This document shows positions 1 through 5,789 of a stretch of DNA of 64,000 bases, in pieces; the stretch's first letter is position 1; every line of letters begins with the position of its first letter. A program made the position numbers and the translations under genes. Source of the DNA: a virus; the IMG/VR virus record IMGVR_UViG_3300046011_004498, positions 1 to 64,000 of that record; one strand, given 5' to 3'. The notes under the pieces were generated by a model. It was not told where the DNA came from and did not search any database. It saw nothing but the letters and a program-made list of their open reading frames with translations.

Positions 1-32
1 AGACCACCGTTAGGTGGCGAGGGCCTCGGGTA

Positions 33-476
33 TTAACCGATGAACGACTTCTTCTGGCGGTTAGCCGGAGGAGTAGCCACGACATCATCCTTCTTGCGAT
101 AGATGGTGACGTAGAGCGGCAGGACACGGGTTTCACCCGGCTCCATCTTGGACAGAGCCTCCAGCTTCAAGTCCTCCAGGAACTCGTTCGATTCGGCCTG
201 CTTGTTGGCGAACTCGACAGTGCCGGCCTTACGGGTGTCCGGGTTCATGTTGTCCAGACCCGTCATCTGGGGCAGATTGACGAGGTCAGTGGCCGGGTTG
301 AAGTCTTCCGACTGCGGATCAACACCGTCACGCAGGGTGCCGATGTTCAGGTAGATGGTGGCACGATCACGAATCGGAACCACATTGTTGGCGCCATTGG
401 CTCCAACGTTAGCCAGAGCATTCATCGAAGCAGCGATGACAGCGGGATCGAAGGTCGAACGCGGGGTAGAGGACAT
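33..476 (-). CDS. N4 gp2/Drc-like ssDNA-binding activator of phage RNAP II
   Basis: YLNIG...VNLP..GLD..and MEPGE...LYVTIYR segments resemble N4 gp2 as recalled. ATG at 476 with GGAG SD, directly downstream of a hairpin promoter. Confidence 0.75.
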   Translation of the reverse strand: MSSTPRSTFDPAVIAASMNALANVGANGANNVVPIRDRATIYLNIGTLRDGVDPQSEDFNPATDLVNLPQMTGLDNMNPDTRKAGTVEFANKQAESNEFLEDLKLEALSKMEPGETRVLPLYVTIYRKKDDVVATPPANRQKKSFIG

Positions 477-510
477 GGTAGTCTCCAAAGTAAGATAAGG
501 GCAAAATCGC

Positions 511-530
511 CCAGACGACACGAAGTGTCG
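511..530 (-). promoter_or_regulatory. vRNAP hairpin promoter (drives the gp2-like gene), predicted +1 at 512
   Basis: Template (+) strand reads CC-AGAC-GACAC-GAA-GTGTC, the N4 geometry of +1 C, 4 nt, 5-bp stem and C-GNA-G triloop. Confidence 0.85.
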
Positions 531-852
531 CCTTTGAACAGAGAGTAGGGTCACTGTTCAGCCGAACAGAGTGCGTGACCTCATGATATTTGCGAATTTT
601 CCCACACCTCTGTGGACACAAACAGCGCATTAGTCATTCCTCACGGGTATGAGGCTGTCGCTTACAATGGTGAAGTATTCCCGCTTCACTAAGGCTTATC
701 GACTCTTTGGTATACACACTCTGCTCGGCTGAGCAGTGAAGGAAGCCTTGATGGACCGAAGCCCATCAAGGGTATCCTGCCTCGAACAGGATAAGATGCT
801 ACGTGCTGCCATTACAGCAGCTAGTTCATAACAACCTCCTGAGATATCACTC
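531..852 (-). ncRNA. Putative ~320-nt structured early ncRNA of unknown family
   Basis: At least 8 tandem hairpins whose G-U pairs form only on the minus strand, a C(UUCG)G tetraloop, its own vRNAP promoter and no convincing CDS. Confidence 0.65.
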
Positions 853-870
853 AATCGGCACGAAGTGCCG
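851..870 (-). promoter_or_regulatory. vRNAP hairpin promoter, predicted +1 at 852
   Basis: TC-AATC-GGCAC-GAA-GTGCC; the stem covaries with the other two copies (GGCAC/GTGCC vs GACAC/GTGTC). Confidence 0.8.
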
Positions 871-873
871 TAA

Positions 874-1080
874 TTAACGGTAAGTTCTGTGGTTCTTCCT
901 GATGTGTTGGAGCACAGCAGTACGAACACGAGCAGGAGAACCGTCCAGTTGAGCAATGAGACGCTCAACTTGAACTCGTTCAAAAGGCATCAGATCAGCC
1001 TTACGGTCGAGAACGAGAGGTTCAGCAACAGATGTTGCTCTCACCCCATAAGGTGAGTGGATGGTTTGAGCATGTGTCAT
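874..1080 (-). CDS. Early hypothetical protein
   Basis: ORF with AAGGA SD in the early operon. Confidence 0.65.
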   Translation of the reverse strand: MTHAQTIHSPYGVRATSVAEPLVLDRKADLMPFERVQVERLIAQLDGSPARVRTAVLQHIRKNHRTYR

Positions 1081-1187
1081 TGATTCAGTCCTTCTGGTTC
1101 AGGATTGATGGTTGGGTGGTGCTTCAGGGGAGACCAGTTCATCATAGCGCGTGCTAGAACTGTATCTCCCCCTTGGCATCGAGGCTG

Positions 1188-1397
1188 TTACCAGCCAGCG
1201 ATGAAGAAGGCTACGATCAGGATGATCAAGCCAATGATGCACTCACAGGCAGCGCCATAGCACTGTTCAGCGGTAGGTTGTCTCGATCTAACCCAATGGT
1301 AGAAGGGACGAATGACGAGAAACAGACCGATGGGCATCAGTATGAGGCCAATAATGAGCTTGGCCCATTCGATGATGGAGATGATGGTGACGAGCAT
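1188..1397 (-). CDS. Small early membrane protein (2 TM)
   Basis: Two hydrophobic segments, SD, operon context. Confidence 0.65.
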   Translation of the reverse strand: MLVTIISIIEWAKLIIGLILMPIGLFLVIRPFYHWVRSRQPTAEQCYGAACECIIGLIILIVAFFIAGW

Positions 1398-1402
1398 GGT
1401 GT

Positions 1403-1618
1403 TCAGTCCTTGCTGTGAAGCTCTTCTATGAGTTCACGAATGAGGGGTTTGAGATCGTCCACAGTCTCAGCCTCTTCGAGGCGTTGAAGTCTGATGGACA
1501 GTTGGTCTTGAGCTTGCTCTTGGGCCTGATGGTCACGCCAGTGGTCACCGCATAGGTGAAGAGTGCCACTGGCTACACAGGCGTGTTGAGAGCAGCGTTT
1601 GCACTTGATGAACCGCAT
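1403..1618 (-). CDS. Small early protein with possible Zn-binding motif (CxxC...C..H)
   Basis: CKRC..HAC...HLCGDH. Confidence 0.6.
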   Translation of the reverse strand: MRFIKCKRCSQHACVASGTLHLCGDHWRDHQAQEQAQDQLSIRLQRLEEAETVDDLKPLIRELIEELHSKD

Positions 1619-1621
1619 GGC

Positions 1622-1714
1622 TCAGCCAGTGATGATGTGGTGCCAGCCGATGAGCTGGAGACCGATGAAGGCGATCAGCAGAGCTGCTGTGTCGTACTTG
1701 TTCCAAGTCTTCAT
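1622..1714 (-). CDS. 30-aa membrane peptide (not in ORF track)
   Basis: MKTWNKYDTAALLIAFIGLQLIGWHHIITG; fills the gap between its neighbours. Confidence 0.5.
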   Translation of the reverse strand: MKTWNKYDTAALLIAFIGLQLIGWHHIITG

Positions 1715-1720
1715 GGTGGT

Positions 1721-2164
1721 TCAGACCTTGATGTTGAGGTGATTAATGGAGGCAGAGATGCAAGCTTCAAGCTCGGCATAGTCAGCTTGATAGATACTTT
1801 GACGCTTGAGATCGTCAGGATGAATCAGGTGAGGATCAGGAGTGTTGCACGCATCAATCATGCCCCAGAGTTCAGGCGTCATCCAAGGGATTGACGCTCT
1901 GTTCTCTTTACTTGGAACAGGAGTATCGAGGTCATCCTGAAAGGGATCGATGTCAGCAATGCTCTCATCTTGATGAATAAGTACATCGGCAACGTGTTCA
2001 AACGTGCTGATCACGATGACAGTGAGTACGACGAAGCCCATGAAGATCATGGCTGTACCAGAGATCGTGGGTGCCATGTTGGAGGTGGAAGATGCTCCGA
2101 TGAAGGCTACGCCTAGAGCAATGATGCAGATGCATACGATGATGCCGAGGGCACGAGAGAGCAT
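1721..2164 (-). CDS. Early membrane protein (2 N-terminal TM, acidic tail)
   Basis: ORF track; hydrophobic N-terminus. Confidence 0.65.
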   Translation of the reverse strand: MLSRALGIIVCICIIALGVAFIGASSTSNMAPTISGTAMIFMGFVVLTVIVISTFEHVADVLIHQDESIADIDPFQDDLDTPVPSKENRASIPWMTPELWGMIDACNTPDPHLIHPDDLKRQSIYQADYAELEACISASINHLNIKV

Positions 2165-2168
2165 GGGT

Positions 2169-2315
2169 CTATTTCCTTCTGAAGAGGGCAGAACGGCAGA
2201 ATGCCTGAACTGCGATGAAAATGTAGCCTACACAGGCAAGAGTGATGCCTGTTGCGAGGAATAGAGCGAATGGATTGTGGTGTGCTTCAGTGAAGCAAGC
2301 GATGATCAAGTCCAT
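2169..2315 (-). CDS. 48-aa membrane protein (not in ORF track)
   Basis: MDLIIACFTEAHHNPFALFLATGITLACVGYIFIAVQAFCRSALFRRK, GGAG SD. Confidence 0.55.
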   Translation of the reverse strand: MDLIIACFTEAHHNPFALFLATGITLACVGYIFIAVQAFCRSALFRRK

Positions 2316-2432
2316 AGTAGGCTCCAATGAACACGGATTGATGTTTTAAGGACAGATTAAGGGTGAGAGTAGGGTCTCACACTCTATCGGTTGTAGTCCT
2401 TGGCCCCCAGCCCGGAGGCTGAGGGCTTGAGG

Positions 2433-2708
2433 TCAGGTTGCGGTGGAATCCTCAGCGATGATGGCTTCGAGGAACTCCTTGTTGGAGTTGTAGAGCTGTA
2501 CTTGAGCAGGTGAGAGGCCTGCGTGCCACATGGAGTGGGCAGTTTGGGCATTGGTGAGCTTCTCGTTGTGCTCTTGCACACGGAGTTTGGAGGCAACGCC
2601 CAGTTGGAGCTTGATGTCAGCGAGCTTTGCTTTGTGTTTGAGCTCAGCGATGGCGACATTGTTGGTGATGCCAGTGGAGATGGCACGAGAGATGGTCATG
2701 AGAGCCAT
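2433..2708 (-). CDS. First early gene (positional equivalent of N4 gp1)
   Basis: First ORF after the outermost vRNAP promoter, AAGGA SD; sequence homology uncertain. Confidence 0.55.
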   Translation of the reverse strand: MALMTISRAISTGITNNVAIAELKHKAKLADIKLQLGVASKLRVQEHNEKLTNAQTAHSMWHAGLSPAQVQLYNSNKEFLEAIIAEDSTAT

Positions 2709-2737
2709 GGTGTGTGTCCTTGATCAAGGGATTAGTC

Positions 2738-2756
2738 CCAGTAGACACGAAGTGTC
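2738..2756 (-). promoter_or_regulatory. vRNAP hairpin promoter (outermost), predicted +1 at 2739
   Basis: CC-AGTA-GACAC-GAA-GTGTC on the template strand. Confidence 0.85.
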
Positions 2757-2937
2757 GTGGTAAATAGGTGGGGTGGTGTGTGTTATAGGTGTTATCATGT
2801 ATGGGGGGGTACATTTGTGTTATGGGTGTTATGTACCCATACCCCTAAACCAGAACATAACTATCAACTTTACCCTAATGTTTTCATATAATATGAAACT
2901 CTTTCCCCTTTCACCCCTATCTAAAATATAAAATATA
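2757..2937. other. Probable genome terminus / terminal repeat region
   Basis: Non-coding, upstream of the first early promoter; switches from GT-rich to AC-rich; inverted repeats GGGTACAT/ATGTACCC and TTTCATAT/ATATGAAA. Confidence 0.5.
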
Positions 2938-3273
2938 TTAATCCCATCTACCACTTTGACCGAACACTGTTCGCTGTACATACGCTGGGTTCTCAGTATC
3001 GAATTGCTCTACTCTACTGAAGTCTAAGACTTGGATGGTATTATCATCGTGTCTCTTCCATACTAATGCCCAAGATTCATCATCATTGGTTCCAGCTACA
3101 TCTACGCTGATGTTGTAGGGTGTAATGAAGTTAGTAGATACTAACTGTGAACCAGCACCATCACATTCATTGCATGTGATCTTGGATAAAAAGAGCATAT
3201 GGGTTTCTCCTCCCTCAGGAGTAATCATCCCTTTACCCTCACAGTTACTGCAAGTTACGGATACTATGCTCAT
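2938..3273 (-). CDS. DnaJ-type zinc-finger hypothetical protein
   Basis: CSNCEGKG and CNECDGAG (CxxCxGxG twice). Confidence 0.65.
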   Translation of the reverse strand: MSIVSVTCSNCEGKGMITPEGGETHMLFLSKITCNECDGAGSQLVSTNFITPYNISVDVAGTNDDESWALVWKRHDDNTIQVLDFSRVEQFDTENPAYVQRTVFGQSGRWD

Positions 3274-3274
3274 A

Positions 3275-3604
3275 TTAGCTCTCTTTATTAAGAGTGTTAT
3301 CGAGTGCTACTTCAACATCTTCGATAGACTGAAGAGTATCTCCAGCCCAGATTCCAATGCACTTGTAGAGGACAGTGGGTCTTGTCCTGCTAGTTGATGC
3401 AGGATCACGTATAGTAATGATTTCAAGATCATAATCCCTTAATTGTCTAATTATTCCCTTACGGTTTGTCTCCTTTAAACCAGGGAAGTTAATGGCTTCG
3501 CCTTGAACCAAGCGGTCATAATATCCCCTAAGTTTGCTACCTTCTCTAGGTTTGGACTGCTTAAGTTGATGGTTCCCTTTGATACTTCCTGCACTCAGAC
3601 GCAT
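3275..3604 (-). CDS. Basic hypothetical protein, possibly DNA-binding
   Basis: ORF in a tightly packed operon. Confidence 0.6.
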   Translation of the reverse strand: MRLSAGSIKGNHQLKQSKPREGSKLRGYYDRLVQGEAINFPGLKETNRKGIIRQLRDYDLEIITIRDPASTSRTRPTVLYKCIGIWAGDTLQSIEDVEVALDNTLNKES

Positions 3605-3792
3605 GGGGAGTCTTCATCAAAGTAGCTATCGAATGGTCCGCCTACGGCTTCTTCCCACTCATCATGTTCGTCTAAGTCTTTCATACGCTTGGTAAGCGCA
3701 GCCTTAAACATCTCAGGAGTTACATCCTCTCCTTTGGGATTATTGCTAAGTACGGAGAAAGCTACTGTGAATGCGTGGTTATATTGGCCCAT
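3595..3792 (-). CDS. Hypothetical protein
   Basis: ORF with GAGG SD inside a 12-bp stem. Confidence 0.65.
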   Translation of the reverse strand: MGQYNHAFTVAFSVLSNNPKGEDVTPEMFKAALTKRMKDLDEHDEWEEAVGGPFDSYFDEDSPCV

Positions 3793-3874
3793 AAGTTGCC
3801 TCGTCCCTTACTTAGTTGGTTGGGGGTTTATGTAATGTCCTGACGAGGCAACTGGGCTCTCGGTCACAGACCAT

Positions 3875-3926
3875 AAAAAGAGACCCCCTGCTTCAGTCCT
3901 TGTCGGGCTGAGCCTTGGGGGTCTCT
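3875..3926 (-). terminator. Extended terminator-like hairpin
   Basis: AGAGACCCCC/GGGGGUCUCU stem, inner GCUCAG/CUGAAGC helix, followed by a U tract. Confidence 0.6.
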
Positions 3927-4140
3927 CGTCCAGCCGCTAAGCTGGTTTGGACTGCTGCGGTTGACAGCTGGCTCGGCCTCGTCTCAGGCCAGAGCACCGT
4001 ATCATCCCCGGTGCCAAGGGCGCAGACCTTTTCGATGTCGCATGTCGTTGGGCTCTGTTTCAGTGCTTCACCCACTTGGCACACTAGACGTTCTCGTCTG
4101 TCAGTTAGACGGGGCCTTTATCAGGAACCACCTGATAATC
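3927..4140 (-). ncRNA. Putative multi-domain structured RNA
   Basis: Nested helices UGACAG/CUGUCA and GUGCCAAG/CUUGGCAC plus several hairpins; GC-rich; no credible CDS. Confidence 0.55.
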
Positions 4141-4148
4141 TTCCAAAC

Positions 4149-4207
4149 AAAAAGACCCCGACATAAACAGGGTAACACGTACTCCTGCTCCCTATGTCGG
4201 GGTCTTT
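4149..4207 (-). terminator. Extended terminator-like hairpin
   Basis: 15-bp AAAGACCCCGACAUA/UAUGUCGGGGUCUUU stem followed by U residues. Confidence 0.6.
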
Positions 4208-4298
4208 GCTCAATTGTAGGATACCAGTGAACGACTCACTTGGAACACTGTCTCCCCTACTTTCAATTGATGTCGGGCCAGTGAGGGCCACATCCAAT

Positions 4299-4330
4299 AA
4301 AAGAAACCCCAGTTTTCACTGGGGTTTCTT
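4299..4330 (-). terminator. Intrinsic terminator
   Basis: AAGAAACCCCAG/CUGGGGUUUCUU stem plus U tract. Confidence 0.7.
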
Positions 4331-4457
4331 CATAGAAGAGTATTGTTTTCGACAGATGGAGCTCAGATCGCATTGCTGAAGCCAGCCTTAGGCCAGTAGT
4401 CTTCGTATGCCGCTGTCATATATCCATAAGCTACTTAATAACTCTCTCTATTCAATA

Positions 4458-4533
4458 TGGTAGAAGAGATAGGACTTGAACCTATAACCTCCACGTTATG
4501 AGCGTGGGGCTCTAACCATTGAGCTACTCTTCT
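4458..4533 (-). tRNA. tRNA with CAU anticodon (Met elongator or Ile2)
   Basis: Cloverleaf: AGAAGAG acceptor, CCACG-CT-CAT-AA-CGTGG arm, TTCAA T-loop, encoded CCA. Confidence 0.92.
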
Positions 4534-4723
4534 ATAAAGAACTACAAAAGACGCCCCTTCCCGGAGTGCGTTTGAATGAAAACTCTTGTAGCTCTTCACT
4601 AAAGAGGCCCCAGACCTAAGCAGTTCTCAGCTAATGATCTAGGGCCTCTCGAAGGTTGGAGGGTCTTATTCTCCCGGCACCTTCCTGCCGATCCGAACTC
4701 CATGCAAGCATGGTGTCGAATAG

Positions 4724-4799
4724 TGGTGCTGTCTGTAGGGATCGAACCCACGACACCCAGTTTACAAAACTGGCGCTCTACCAACTGAGCTAAGACAGC
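4724..4799 (-). tRNA. tRNA-Thr(UGU)
   Basis: Cloverleaf, CCAGT-TT-TGT-AA-ACTGG arm, GTTCGA, CCA. Confidence 0.95.
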
Positions 4800-4804
4800 A
4801 ATAA

Positions 4805-4881
4805 TGGCGATCACATCAGGACTCGAACCTGAGACCCTCTGCTTAGAAGGCAGATGCTCTATCCAGCTGAGCTATGTGACC
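4805..4881 (-). tRNA. tRNA-Arg(UCU)
   Basis: Cloverleaf, TCTGC-CT-TCT-AA-GCAGA arm, GGTTCGAG, CCA. Confidence 0.95.
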
Positions 4882-4892
4882 AAATACAGAAG

Positions 4893-5011
4893 TGTTGGTT
4901 TAATGTTACTTGACGTTTCCCGCGTACACCCATCGGAAGAGCACAACGATTTGATCTAACTATCACAAGTTAGACAATAACATTACTTTGATTTCCTGCG
5001 TTAAACCAACA
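4893..5011 (-). ncRNA. Putative ~120-nt structured RNA between tRNA-Leu and tRNA-Arg
   Basis: Closing stem UGUUGGUUUAA/UUAAACCAACA, inner UAAUGUUA/UAACAUUA helix and two hairpins. Confidence 0.5.
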
Positions 5012-5045
5012 AATTGACAGGAGGAGGACTGGCTCTCCGATCTTT

Positions 5046-5131
5046 TGGTGCGAGCTAAGGGACTCGAACCCTTACACCATTACGATAACAGATTTTAAGT
5101 CTGGTGCGTCTACCAGTTCCGCCAAGCTCGC
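5046..5131 (-). tRNA. tRNA-Leu(UAA)
   Basis: Class II cloverleaf with long variable arm, CT-TAA-AA loop, CCA. Confidence 0.93.
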
Positions 5132-5266
5132 AATAGACTTTAATTCTTTGGAGGAGGGAACAGTCGCTCATTGCCCTACAACAGCGCCTGTTCCCTCAAC
5201 TCCTTATCCCCCCGCACACCCTCATAGAGTGCGAGGCGATTCTTCTGACCTATCTTTTTAGATTGG

Positions 5267-5566
5267 TCAATTAACTTTCGATCTCAAAGGCTTTCGATCT
5301 TCATCAGAATCTTCACCTTCTTCCTCCTCTTCAGGCTGAGACGGAACGACCGGGTCCAAGTCGGAGGGCGAAGCCCGTAGACGCTGGACCAAAGGGAGTT
5401 TCGGCCAGCCGGGATAACCATTGAACCAAAGTACGTTCTTCTTCCTGAACCAATGACGGTGTGTTGCTTGGGTCTGACCTGAATTCACGGTGGCTGGAAC
5501 CAACCGGGAAAAAGGAATCAACGATAAAGTCAACGCTGTTACGAAAACACCGACATCTTTGAGCAT
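5267..5566 (-). CDS. Hypothetical protein with N-terminal hydrophobic segment and acidic tail
   Basis: ORF with GGAG SD. Confidence 0.55.
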   Translation of the reverse strand: MLKDVGVFVTALTLSLIPFSRLVPATVNSGQTQATHRHWFRKKNVLWFNGYPGWPKLPLVQRLRASPSDLDPVVPSQPEEEEEGEDSDEDRKPLRSKVN

Positions 5567-5789
5567 GAGCTCTCTCCGTTATTGGAGACTGATTGTTGAT
5601 ACAGCTTGTCTTTCTTGTCTAGCACAAACTTCAATCATAGTTATATATAGTATAGACACACAAGACACACTTCCCCCGTTTCTCTTCTCTAGTAAATTAG
5701 AGAGAGTGGCCCTCGTCACATCCTGTGGACACGCGCCTTAAACAGACCTAGAGACCAAAGGGCAAGCCAAAAAAAGGAGCACCTTGCAA

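Noticed and set aside
696-983. 95-aa ORF and its internal 38-aa ORF across the early ncRNA
   Set aside because: It overlaps another gene and a promoter, and the only strong SD points to the Met-Asn-stop frame. The 38-aa version cannot be fully excluded.
3840-3870. CTGACGA resembling a hammerhead ribozyme core
   Set aside because: No GAAA after a stem II and no stem I/III arrangement; the bases are explained by the RBS-occluding inverted repeat.
3930-4100. Loose resemblance to RNase P P4 strands (GAGAACGUCUAGU and AACCAGCUUA)
   Set aside because: P4 pairing has mismatches and the GAGGAAAGUCC motif is absent; kept only as an unknown structured RNA.
3893-4814. Short ORFs of 61-89 aa in the tRNA/structured region
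   Set aside because: They overlap tRNAs or terminators, lack SD sequences and have unnatural composition.
4330-5045. Theta/HDV-like ribozymes at tRNA 3' ends
   Set aside because: I could not find the nested double-pseudoknot order downstream of any CCA.
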